In this document: one piece after another, positions 14,229 through 30,200 of the stretch
How positions within the stretch are numbered: the stretch's first letter is position 1
Layout of the letters: every line of letters starts with the position of its first letter
Assembly: GCA_964016885.1 (NCBI GenBank)
Contig: OZ024740.1
Span: forward strand, 193,688,001 to 193,752,000
Reading direction: 5' to 3'
Length of the DNA: 64,000 bases
DNA from: Eledone cirrhosa
Lineage: Eukaryota
The notes under the pieces: model-generated
What the model saw: only the letters and a program-made list of their open reading frames with translations
Told to the model about the DNA's origin: nothing
Database searches by the model: none
Made by a program: the position numbers and the translations under genes

Positions 14229-15452
14229 ATATTTTTAACTAACCAGGTGAGGGTTAGTATAGAAATTTACTATTATTGTATATATTTTTGTTTACCTACA
14301 TGTGTAATTCTAATCCCACTAGGTAAAGATTTGTCACTTACACCTTCCGATCGATCAAATATATTGGAAAAGTGTTTTAAACTAGTTTGAATTTATTTCT
14401 TTAAAGGAAATTGAAACAATTCAATATTAAGAAATTAACTAATAGACTTTAGCTGGAAAGATTTATTTCCAGAGAAAAGTAGTACTGGATCGAAAATTAT
14501 ATGCTAATGTTTGTGAAATTCCTTCAGTTAGTAAGCTGAGTGAAGAAGAGTTGTCGACGTCTTGGTGGTGTCAATTCGTCTGTGAGTGTTTCAACAGTGT
14601 GTCACTCTCTGTAACACGAATGTATCCATGGTTTTAATTCCACATCATATATGCTTACACCTAACTTTAAATCTGACACCAGAATATCCTTACTTTGATT
14701 TCACACATTTGCGTTAATTCAAGATATCATGGTGCTACGAAGGGAATATATCTTGCAATGTTTTAACAGTTGAATATTTGTAATAAAAATGTAAATAGCC
14801 TTGCTTTTGTTGGGAGAGTATTAACAATTCGGAAAGGTTGAACGAAATTATGTATAGAATGCACAAGATTCCTTCGGATTGCCATCAGCAGACAGCAGGC
14901 AAAGCTTTGCTCATATCTAAAATGTTTCAACAGTTTTCTTATGAAAACTTTTATTTATAGAGTGGGGAAGTGAAGCCTATTTCTTTTATGTGTTGACCAA
15001 CATTAGATAAAATACTAACTACCTCCACGCTAACTATTTTACAAAAACCTTATGCCTGTATTGCCTGACATGAGAATTTGAATAATTATATTACCAATAC
15101 GAAATATAAAACATCATGAGATTATCTACATTTGTCAATGACAGTTTAGTTCAAACAACTCTACTGAACGTAGGTAATATGTCTGCATGAAAAATATCTT
15201 GCTCAGTAAATTACATATTACTGTGTCAATGGCTGATAATGTAATGCAATACACTGAACAGTTTTAGAAATAGACTTTTTTACTGGGGATCACAAAGTGT
15301 CTTCGATAATATTATAAAAAGCCTAGGTATGACAGTCCTTTTTGATAAATAACATTTCTGTTATCCAACGGCAGTATACGGAATATACTCATTTGTTGAT
15401 ATACATTCATTCTTTTCTTTACTTCATACAATATAACTATGTATATTAATAT

Positions 15453-16694
<1,242 letters not shown>

Positions 16695-16725
16695 TATATA
16701 TATATATATATATATATTAATATAC

Positions 16726-16790
<65 letters not shown>

Positions 16791-16849
16791 TATACATACA
16801 TATAAATATTTATATATATACATATATATATATATATATAAATATATAT

Positions 16850-16885
<36 letters not shown>

Positions 16886-17407
16886 ATATTTGGGGAGGGT
16901 CATATTTGCGTAATATTGCCAGAATTAATAACAGAACACACTCACTGTTTGGTTGGTTTTCGCTTCTCGCTGTCTTTTATATATATATATCTGCGATCTA
17001 ACTTACTCGGTCCTCAATGTTGCCATTGACTGACCGGCGGTCAAAAATAATACAGATACAATATAGACAAACACATATATATATAGTTTACATAAATCTT
17101 TCGTTGCACATCTGCAACATCGTCAGTGGTGTTATATTCATTGTTCCTCCTGTTGTGTTGTATGTCTACGCCATTTTTTTTTTTGTTCAGTCTGTCTATA
17201 TATTTATTTATTTATTTGCTTGTTTGTTTATCTTATTTTATTTTGTCTTCTTTGCGCATGCGTTTGCGTGTGTGTATAGTGTTATGTGTGATGTGTGACT
17301 AGTGTGTATAGTGTTGTGTCTGCTGGGTGACTAGTGTGTGTTTATGTGCTTGTGTATGTATTTATTTATCTTATTTTATTTAGAGATATCAGAGATATCA
17401 GAGTGTC

Positions 17408-17962
17408 ATGTTTGTGGACGCCACCCCTGGAGGGAAATTAGCTAACCAGTGTAGAAAGGCCCTGAGAAAGACCCACTTAAAAATAAAGGTGGTAGAAAAG
17501 CCAGGAACCACCATAAAATCCCTGATCAGCAAAACCTACCCTTTTAAGAAAACCCACTGTACCAATAGGAAATGTATCATATGTAAGGTGAACCCCCGGA
17601 TAAACTGTAAAACTAGAAACGTAGTCTATAGCATAAGATGTACAGAGGGTACTTGCAGAAACACGACAACAACATACATAGGTGAGACAGCTCGTAGCAT
17701 AGGTGAAAGGATAGACCAACACTGGGGGGAACTAAAAGGACGAAAAAACGGCTCAGTACTATACGAACATGCTAGACAACATCATGACGGTAACATAGAC
17801 AACATAGAAATTAGAATAATATCTAAACATAGGAATGACCCAGCAGATAGGCAAATCAGAGAGGCCAGTGAAATAGAAATTAGAAGACCAAAGCTAAACA
17901 GAAAGAATGAGTGGAACAACAACAACACCCAAACAAACAACACTGACCTAAGAGAAGTATAA
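17408..17962 (+). CDS. PLE linker + GIY-YIG endonuclease domain (open, 5'-truncated, RT absent)
   Basis: Cys-rich linker CTNRKCIIC..C, VVYSIRC...YIGETARSIGERIDQH, LYEHARQHH, RQIREA..I..RPKLN. Confidence 0.85.
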   Translation: MFVDATPGGKLANQCRKALRKTHLKIKVVEKPGTTIKSLISKTYPFKKTHCTNRKCIICKVNPRINCKTRNVVYSIRCTEGTCRNTTTTYIGETARSIGERIDQHWGELKGRKNGSVLYEHARQHHDGNIDNIEIRIISKHRNDPADRQIREASEIEIRRPKLNRKNEWNNNNTQTNNTDLREV

Positions 17963-18230
17963 ATAAATAAGTAAATTAAATTAAATAAAATAAGATAAAT
18001 AAATACATACACAAGCACATAAACACACACTAGTCACCCAGCAGACACAACACTATACACACTAGTCACACATCACACATAACACTATACACACACGCAA
18101 ACGCATGCGCAAAGAAGACAAAATAAAATAAGATAAACAAACAAGCAAATAAATAAATAAATATATAGACAGACTGAACAAAAAAAAAATGGCGTAGACA
18201 TACAACACAACAGGAGGAACAATGAATATA

Positions 18231-18275
18231 ACACCACTGACGATGTTGCAGATGTGCAACGAAAGATTTATGTAA
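18231..18275 (+). ncRNA. Hammerhead core (mirror copy on minus strand at ~17088-17133)
   Basis: CTGACGA-t-gttgca(gatg)tgcaac-GAAA-gatt-TA; stem I weak. Confidence 0.6.
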
Positions 18276-18555
18276 ACTATATATATATGTGTTTGTCTAT
18301 ATTGTATCTGTATTATTTTTGACCGCCGGTCAGTCAATGGCAACATTGAGGACCGAGTAAGTTAGATCGCAGATATATATATATAAAAGACAGCGAGAAG
18401 CGAAAACCAACCAAACAGTGAGTGTGTTCTGTTATTAATTCTGGCAATATTACGCAAATATGACCCTCCCCAAATATAACAATATCTGTTTCGACACACG
18501 ATTTCATATAAAAAACCTCGCAAAACTAATTCATCGCCGCTATATATATATAAAT

Positions 18556-18590
<35 letters not shown>

Positions 18591-18637
18591 AATATATATA
18601 CATATATATGTATATATATAAATATATATACATATAT

Positions 18638-18669
<32 letters not shown>

Positions 18670-18696
18670 TAATATATATATATATATATATATATT

Positions 18697-21046
<2,350 letters not shown>

Positions 21047-21047
21047 G

Positions 21048-21095
<48 letters not shown>

Positions 21096-21096
21096 C

Positions 21097-21150
<54 letters not shown>

Positions 21151-21712
21151 AATATATATATATGTATATACAAATATGATTGCCGAACACTGTACGGCTA
21201 ATAATTCGGGTTGTTTGTTTACAAACAAACCGATCATTATAATAAATGTTCGGTAAACCCATACGTACATATATATATATGTGTGCATGTATGTATATAC
21301 ATACAACTGTACGTATGTATACATATATATATATATGTACGCATACATAGTTATATTTAAGTATCACCCGTACTAACAGTGAGAAATGAAATTTCATTTT
21401 TTCCATTTATCGTTGTCGGTATGCCCGGCCGACTAGCTCACTCGATATGCAAATTAGGCTGTTCAACCGTTAATATGCATAAGAAAAGTATATACTTTCA
21501 AACGTTCAATCGACTGACAGGAAGGCATAGAGTGCTGATGACAGCTAATAAGCTACAAACTAGCTCATCGTTCCTTTGTCAGTGTTGAACAAAATGGCAA
21601 CAACGGTTCCCGAACACTGTACGGCTAATAATACGGGCTGTTTGTTTACAAACAAACCGAGCATTATGATAAATATTGGGTCACCCCATACGCACACATA
21701 TATATATATATA

Positions 21713-21909
21713 GTACGTTATTCCGGGTTGAATCGGAGGTAACCACAGTAAGTAAGGTACTCAATACATTGCAGAGTATAAAAGTTTTAATATAGATGAG
21801 ATTCTACAGGACTAGAACTGTTTCATTCTTTAGAAATCATCAGGAATCTCCTGATGATTTCTAAAGAATGAAACAGTTCTAGTCCTGTAGAATCTCATCT
21901 ATATTGAAA

Positions 21910-21912
<3 letters not shown>
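21713..21912. mobile_element. Miniature fold-back PLE end (arms 21782-21845 / 21849-21912)
   Basis: Near-perfect 64-bp hairpin with 3-nt spacer plus ~70-nt left tail, in (TA)n. Confidence 0.8.
21798..21850 (-). ncRNA. Type I hammerhead ribozyme
   Basis: Minus strand: gagattc-CTGATGA-tttc(taaa)gaat-GAAA-cag(ttctagtc)ctg-TA-gaatctc; 7-bp stem I, GUA site. Confidence 0.8.
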
Positions 21913-21969
<57 letters not shown>

Positions 21970-22808
21970 CATGTATGTATGTATATACATACTACTGTAC
22001 GTCTGTATACATATATGTACTAAGAGTATGAAATGAAATTTCATTTTTTCCATTTATATATATATATGCGCGGGTTTGTATGTCTGTGTGAGTGTGAGTG
22101 TGTGTCTTTGTGTGTGTGGGGGGGGGGGTCTATGCAAATATTACTCACAGGTGATGACTAGTAATATATGGAGATTAACTTTGCATTATCCAATAGAACA
22201 TCACTTAAGATACGTTGCTATCTTAAATAGTAGTTGTGCATTTAGTGACAATTTGATCCTGTTAGCAAATACAAATAATAATTGAATGATAAATCAAAGG
22301 CGTTCTTCTTGCTGCTATTTACTTATTTTCGTTTGATTATTATACCAATCACACATGATTTGCTTCAAAAACTAAAGTATACTGATATTACTTACTACAG
22401 CCTATATAAATAAATATGTACACACATGTATATCTTAATGTATAACAGTGAATATATTGTATGTATATCCGCATGTTCTAATATGTAGTCCAAATTTTAC
22501 AAACACGGTAATTTCAAATTTTAAAACCTGAAACTCTCTTCAAGACAAAAAAACAGAAGATATGTGACATGGAGTTTTTATTGCTTATTATTGTATTGCT
22601 CTTTCTATCTAGTATAACTCTTTGCTATATTGCTTGTTAACAGTAATTCTGATTGAATTAAGAACGCCGAATTAACTGAAGATTCACTGCAATTTTGAAA
22701 AGCTAATCTCCCCAAATATAGTGAAGTACCTACATTTTGTAGCCTTTAATAAAGACATCGGCACTCACCTGCACACATATACGCATAAACATATTGTTTG
22801 CTCTCTCT

Positions 22809-22845
<37 letters not shown>

Positions 22846-23064
22846 TTGTGTGTGTAAAAGGTAAACTGAAATAAGAACACAATCGGTACAAAATATGGAA
22901 GGAATATATTAGATTCACGCTTGAAATAGCAAGAAGAAAGAATGAGAAATTAAAATAGAAAGATTGAATGGTCGGGCGGGGTGGGAAAAGGTTTTTAGAG
23001 AGTAATAACAAGTCCATTCATTTTGCCATCCATCTCTTTACACACACAGACACACACACACACA

Positions 23065-23597
<533 letters not shown>

Positions 23598-23717
23598 ATA
23601 ATCTTCTATACTCAATCATACATACCCATGTATATTTATCTATATATATATATAAAAGAAAAAAACATGTCCTTCTTCATAACCGTCTCTTTCTCCCTGT
23701 TGTCATATATATATATA

Positions 23718-24076
23718 TGTTAATATGCATAAAGTAAGTATATACGTTCAAAAATCTGGCAGGAAGGTTTACGTTGCTGACGATAGCTAATAAGCTTGAA
23801 ACTAGTACAGCGTTCCTTTGTCAGTGTTGAACAAACGAGCAACGATGGTTGCTAGACACTACGCCTTAATACGGGATGTTTGTTTACAAACACACCGAGC
23901 ATTATAATAAATGTTCGGTGTATCCATACGTACATATATATATGTGTGCATGTATGAATATATATAAATACATACTACTGTACGTCTGTATACATATGTG
24001 TATGTACGTGTACCTACTTATATTTAAGTAACAGCCGTACTAAGAGTGGGAAATGAAATTTCGTTTCATTTTTTCC

Positions 24077-24080
<4 letters not shown>
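23718..24080 (+). repeat. PLE pseudo-LTR family copy
   Basis: Homologous to 21465-22057; (TA)n flanks. Confidence 0.7.
23771..23813 (+). ncRNA. Minimal type I hammerhead ribozyme
   Basis: acgttg-CTGACGA-t-agct(aata)agct-t-GAAA-ctag-TA-cagcgt; palindromic stem III actagt, GUA site. Confidence 0.8.
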
Positions 24081-24116
<36 letters not shown>

Positions 24117-24122
24117 TATATA

Positions 24123-24207
<85 letters not shown>

Positions 24208-24214
24208 ATAATAT

Positions 24215-24269
<55 letters not shown>

Positions 24270-24844
24270 ATATATATATATATATAAATGAAATATATAT
24301 ATATATGAACGTGATAAAAAATGTGAAAATGCAAGTCCCTTTAATAGCAGTAGGTACAAATATTGTTTGTATTTCTAATGCCTTAATGCAACACATATTC
24401 CTAAAATCGAAATCATGATCTTACGTACGTTTGAGGGAACCGCATTGACCATCTAAATAAAAAAAGACAGTGGATATTGCCAGAAAATAATTTCATCTAG
24501 GTGGCTTTTCCTCGATGGCGTAAAAAATAATATAAACCGAATCACTCGTATATTAAACGGAATGACACCTTTCTGTTGCACACAACTACATACATGCGCA
24601 TATCGACTAACAAAATAAATATTTGGACATTGTGACGTGTTCGAAATGACGCTAGAAATGGCTCACAATTATATACCATCTATCAATAGGTAGTAAATAT
24701 TATGCAGGAGGTAATTTGTCACGAATATTCACGTACATACAGAACATTTTAATTAAATGTTCGTTTAAATATATCTAATCCAGAGAAAGTATATATAAAA
24801 TATATATATAAAATATATATATTTCATATATATAAATCCTATAC

Positions 24845-25065
24845 AAAGTCGTCGACGGGGAGATTCCCAGTAAAGTAATCTAAAAGAAGAAAACTTCAGT
24901 AGCATCTTTCCTTACGAGTAGAGTCCGAGTAAAGCAACGCAAAATGAGAAGGCTTTACTATTTCTTCCTCAGTAAAGCCTTCTATCTTTGGGTTACGTAA
25001 AAAAAGCTACTGAAGTATTCTTGTTTTAGATTGCTTAACTGGGGGTCTATTTATCGGTGACTAAA
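24845..25065. repeat. Imperfect fold-back MITE-like element
   Basis: Outer arms ~24847-24903 / 25006-25062 and inner hairpin agaaggctttact...agtaaagccttct. Confidence 0.6.
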
Positions 25066-25087
25066 TGACTGTCTCATTATATATATG

Positions 25088-25119
<32 letters not shown>

Positions 25120-25272
25120 GCAATAACATTAAATGTGAAGACTAAAATCCAAAGAGGGCTCGATAAGGATGAATATATATCAAATATATAAGAACACAAG
25201 AGCAAATATTTATTAAAATAACAGATTAAAGTTTAAGCAAGGAATCGCTGCTTTCACCCTTAACGGGATCGT
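25120..25272 (-). repeat. PLE terminal fragment shared with the 52130-53352 element
   Basis: aatgtgaagactaaaatccaaagagggctcgataagg matches ~52139-52200; 25215-25270 is the reverse complement of ~53290-53347. Confidence 0.75.
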
Positions 25273-25279
25273 ATATGTA

Positions 25280-25321
<42 letters not shown>

Positions 25322-25324
<3 letters not shown>

Positions 25325-27238
25325 CGAAGGAAATGTGGTAAGGAACCAGGTGGACCATAACGCACCAAAGTACTCAATACTTGGGGTAGTAGAGTGGGTA
25401 ATAGGAACCAGTAAGACCCCGACGGCTGAGCTCAAGCCGTTTCGACGGCTAATTCTGGACTAAGTGAAAATTTATCCTGGTATTTAAATAGCCGATCTTC
25501 TCAAGGGGTAATTCCATATATGGTCAAAGTGATTGTCAAAAGTCAGTAGTAATTCTGTGATTAGTAGGGGAGATGGTGGCTAAACCTGTCAGTAGGAGAA
25601 ATAGGGGAGGGGTGGAGTAGACCCAATCAAGCGTTGGTAGTGCCAGCTACAGCTGGGCATGAGGTCAAAGAAGATACTGGGGAGGGGGAGGAAGTCGGAA
25701 CGGTAGGTAGAACAATGAGGGGTAAAAATATATATGAAAGAAAAAATACTGTGAGTGAAGAAAAGCGAATAAGTGTAAAGAAAAAAGTAAAGCAAGTTCT
25801 ACAACCTAAGTCTCTAGCTATTGTTAGGTTAGATAAATAACTATCCAGAGCCAATTCTTACACGGGAGGACGCCGTCCGTGCAATTTATGCTCGGAGGAA
25901 ACTTTACCAATGCTGTTTTCGACGGACCAACTCCTAAACAAGAAAGATGACCTGGTTACTGCATGTAAACATAGATTGCGTAGGACTTACCTCGCCCTCA
26001 AACCCCATAATGACCCGGGGGGTAGACTAGGGCTATAACACCCCACTTGCCGATTTTGCAATGGGTAACCCCTGCTTGCCAAGGGAGACGTAAGATCTTT
26101 TTATTCTTTTATCGCTTCCTTTATTTCCTTCCCCCCATCCCTCCTTAGTCCTTCTACCCCAGCTCCTCTTCTTTGTCGGCGTCTTTTCTCGCCCACCCGA
26201 GGCTGCCCTTTGGCCCCTTGTAGCCTTAGTACCCCCACCCCCTCCCCTAGTCTATGATAGATTTGGCGGCTTCCGCTTTTTATAGCAGTTGGTTAAGACC
26301 CCGGATACTTGTCCTCTTTTTCTGACCGCTCCCACTATTTTCCGTGCCTTCTATATTTCTTAGTGGCACTTATGCCTTATTTTCTCGTTTCAGTATTTCT
26401 TTCTTCGCTTTTCTTTTGGGCGGGGTGGATTCTGAATTTATTTTTCCGTATTCTACCTTTACTTCGTACGAACTTTCATGTAGCTTGTTTAAGATCTTTT
26501 AGAGTTAGCATTAGTATATATCTTTTTCGGGACTCAGAATTATTATCTCGTACTAGTTTACTTTGCTGCACTGGGTGGTTGCTGGCATTGTGTCCGGGAT
26601 AGAAACCTTTATTACTTATTTCGTGGTAGTCTCCTTAGTATTTTAGCCCCATTTGTTGACCTGTCACCGTATGATTTACGTACTTATACCTCTTAAAAGG
26701 GTCCTTGCCTATCCCGTCCCACCTAGTTCATTTACTTACTTATTTCGTTATTTCTTTATTTCTTTCTTTACTTCTCTCTTTCTTTATTTATCTATTTATC
26801 TAGCCTAACAATAGCTAGAGACTTAGGTCGTAGAACTTGCTTTACTTTTTTCTTTACACTTATTCGCTTTTCTTCACTCACGGTATTTTTTCTTTCATAT
26901 ATATTTTTACCCCTCATTGTTCTACCTACCGTTCCGACTTCCTCCCCCTCCCCAGTATCTTCTTTGACCTCATGCCCAGCTGTAGCTGGCACTACCAACG
27001 CTTGATTGGGTCTACCCCACCCCTCCCCTCTTTCTCCTACTGGCAGGTTTAGCCACCATCTCCCCTACTAATTTGCAATCACAGAATTACTACTGACTTT
27101 TGACAATCACTTTGACCATATATGGAATTACCCCTTGAGAAGATCGGCTATTTAAATACCAGGATAAATTTTCATTTAGTCCAGAATTAGCCGTCGAAAC
27201 GGCTTGAGCTCAGCCGTCGGGGTCTTACTGGTTCCTAT
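25322..27238 (+). mobile_element. 5'-truncated Penelope-like element with ~440-bp inverted arms (25401-25840 / 26793-27238)
   Basis: Arms near-identical; core 25841-26038 translates LSRANSYTGGRRPCNLCSEE...LLNKKDDLVTACKH (not in the ORF track); (TA)n flanks. Confidence 0.85.
27130..27223 (+). ncRNA. Hammerhead with U3-A8 core and extended stem II (mirror copy on minus strand 25416-25509)
   Basis: acccc-TTGAGAA-gatcggcta[37 nt]tagccgtc-GAAA-cggct(tgagctc)agccg-TC-ggggt; GUC site. Confidence 0.75.
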
Positions 27239-27262
27239 ATATATATAAATATATATATATAA

Positions 27263-30200
27263 TTTACATCTCCAAGTACGACGTAATACACATTGACATA
27301 CGGCAATTGAACAATACATCTCTCGTAGACGTCGTATAACCACTATAAAACACGAATGCATTGACCTGATTGTCCCATAAAGAAAGAAAATATATTTGAT
27401 GTCGTTGTTGTAGGTCTTCTTCAGATATTTCTTCGTGTTCTTATTACTACTACTACTACTTGTAATAGTTACATTTATTTGTTAAAAGGGCCGACATATA
27501 GGGGACGATATACTAGACAGTGACAGTTACATAAAAATCGAGTAAAAAATATAGGAAAACAAGAAAAATACAACAATCAAAATTTCCCAATGGGGGGATG
27601 ACCACCCAGGATTGATTCAGGTACTACACCAATCCAAAACCATCCGACGCTTCGAGGGCATCTGTGAGGGTACCTCAATCCAACTCAAATTCACCATCCA
27701 ACAGGCATATGATCAGAGTAGGCCCACTCACACGGGCCATTCTCGCCACAATCACCCACATTTCAGCAAATGTACTGGTAGGGGGGTGGGGGCACATCTC
27801 TCTCCACCCTCATCTTCCTTTCCAAGTGAAACTTGAAAAAGTACATGAGGGATTGGCCGAAGAGAAAAGTATCTGTCTTCAGTCCTTTCAACCTGGTCCA
27901 CCATACAAACTCTTACGCTACTGTCACTAGACAGAGGACAATTGCCTGCCCTTCCTGGCCAAAGAGGCGGCGGGTCGATCTACACTATGGACTCGGACGA
28001 TAGCCGGATCCGTTCTACACGCGACAACAGCTGTTCAACATAACTCCACACGTCAGTAATGCAAGGACACTGGACGAGTGCGTGCAGAACGGTTTCGTCG
28101 CTCTGTGCGCATCTCGGGCAGGTCCGTCTGACAAACTGCGACTACACCTGTTCATCGTTTAGGCAGAATATCAGGAGATGCCGCAGCCTCAGCACATGTC
28201 TGCGCCTCCTTAGCCATCATTGGTCAAAATCTTGTGTGTCCCTCTTGTTCTCGTCTTTCCTTATCATCGTCACTACGCCCCGGCTCACATAACTGGGAAT
28301 ACTCCCGTTCTGCTGCCTGTTGCAGTAGAGCGCTTAGCGGAGATGGGGGAACAAGTCTGGCATATTTAGGTAAAGCTCATCCAAACCGGGTGATTTGTGC
28401 CTTGTACAGCCGACAGAGGCATCCAGAATTTCGGCTGAAGTTATCTGCCTTTCGCAGCGCTCGGTGTCGGCCGTGGAGAGTTTCGGCAAGCCATCGAGGC
28501 AGGGACTAAAGTTTGCCACCCTCTCTGACCCGCCATTCCCCCAGATAACGAATAAATGCTGGGGAAAGGCCTCACACATCCACCTAAAATGGTTCAGTTC
28601 ATGTCCGTCTCGGTCGTAATTGTGGTTTTATTACCACGCTGCGCCTCCGCCACGCGGGCCCATCGAACGGCTTTGGTTCCCTCGTTTCTCAGAGCACGCG
28701 CCTTAACTCTGACAATGCAACCTTCGTGTTTCGCATTGAAGAAATGGTCTAATGCCATTCTCGCTGCTAGCACGTCAGTTGTAATGCCACTACAAATAGC
28801 CTCGTCTAACTTATCTACCAGCTCCCCCTCCTTTCTATTTTTCTCTAACGGTACTTATTTGCTAAACTCTATCGAGATTACACTAATCTCTCTTTTGAGA
28901 GCCCCTCCCCCACAGACACATCTGTTGTTCACGACATCCCCTGTCATATTTTGCTTAACTAAATTGTTGGCCCGGTCACTGTAAGCCTTACGTGTCGGAA
29001 ACGACATGTTCAGCTTCCAGTAAACAGGTCCTAACCTACGCGTCTTATCTAGATCGACCATACAGATCACAAACTTCTGGTCTGAATAGGCCGTATGTAA
29101 TTCTGGATACTCGATGCTATCCTTATCCACTAATCTAATTAGAAACCTATCTAAGTACGATCCAGATGTCCCTAACGGCCCAGGTCCAAACTGGCGCATT
29201 AGGGAAATCTAGTCGGTACCTGTCAGGTAGTTGGAACTGGCTGATCAGTTACTTGAGGCTTTTGCACTCCCCTCTCATAGCGGCTAATGCCACACAATCC
29301 CAGCCTCCGTCTAAAATGCCGTTCCAGTCCTCCGCTAACAGTAAAGGGCGAGACGTACCCAGAATGGCTTCCCACGCCTAAAGAAGTTCGGCCGTCCTGG
29401 TAGGGGCGTAGACGCCCACTAGTCTAAAGATACCACCTTCGCTATCCTTCATGTCAAGGACCACGATCATGCCGTACGGGTCCCGGAAGATCGAACTTAC
29501 CTCGAGATCCAGACCTTTCCTAAACAGCACAGCCACGCCACCTCCCATTTCCGGCCGACTAACAGATGCGAAGATCTGATAGTAGTCGAAAGGGGGCGCT
29601 AGCGCGTGCGTGTCGGATGTCCAGATCTCGCTGACGGCAATTACATCCATTTCTCGTGACTTGAGGTCGTTGAGCAGGTGCCGCTGCTTCAATATGACGC
29701 CAGACCACGCACATTTAGACATTATAATCTTAATATGGCCATGTAGGTAGGCTAAAGGAGAGAGGTAAGGTTTACTTACCTCCAGGAGTCTTGTGGAGGT
29801 CGGGTGGTTTGACCTCTATGGTTGGTGGCGTTTCCATTGAGAACCCCTTTAGATTCTACTCATGGCTTTCACATCAGGAGTTCCCACGTCGTCGGGAAAG
29901 CTCTCCCTAATATCTTCGTAAGTTTGTATTGGCATCCGCATCAATGGCAGTGTTGGGGGCACTTTGAGGGTTCAAAGGCCCAAAATCTTTCCCTCATTCT
30001 CAATTTCTTTACTTCGTGTTACAAGGGCCATTAGTTGTTTATTGGCCCTCCTTAGTAACACGAAGTTTGGTGTGTCTGTTGTTGGTGGTGTTTGCGTGTG
30101 TTTTATTTTGTTTGGGATGACTTGCATATGTATCGGTGTTGTTCACGGTTGTGGAGTCGATGTTGCTGTGGGTGTGTTTTGTGTACTTGTTGTGTGTGGA

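Larger units (their letters stand above)
16878..18540 (+). mobile_element. Penelope-like element with near-identical ~505-bp inverted arms (16878-17382 / 17982-18485)
   Basis: Arms give almost the same minus/plus spurious ORF in the track; central GIY-YIG ORF; (TA)n flanks. Confidence 0.9.
21170..22057 (+). repeat. Tandem partial copies of a PLE pseudo-LTR family; second copy split by the 21713-21912 insertion
   Basis: Repeated ccgaacactgtacggctaata / gtttgtttacaaacaaaccg / aaatgaaatttcattttttcc; decayed hammerhead at ~21529-21572; third copy at 23718-24080. Confidence 0.7.

Noticed and set aside
17017-18346. Paired near-identical ORFs on opposite strands (also 25634/26792, 23274/23308, 9959/12718)
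   Set aside because: By-products of the inverted arms, with no protein motifs
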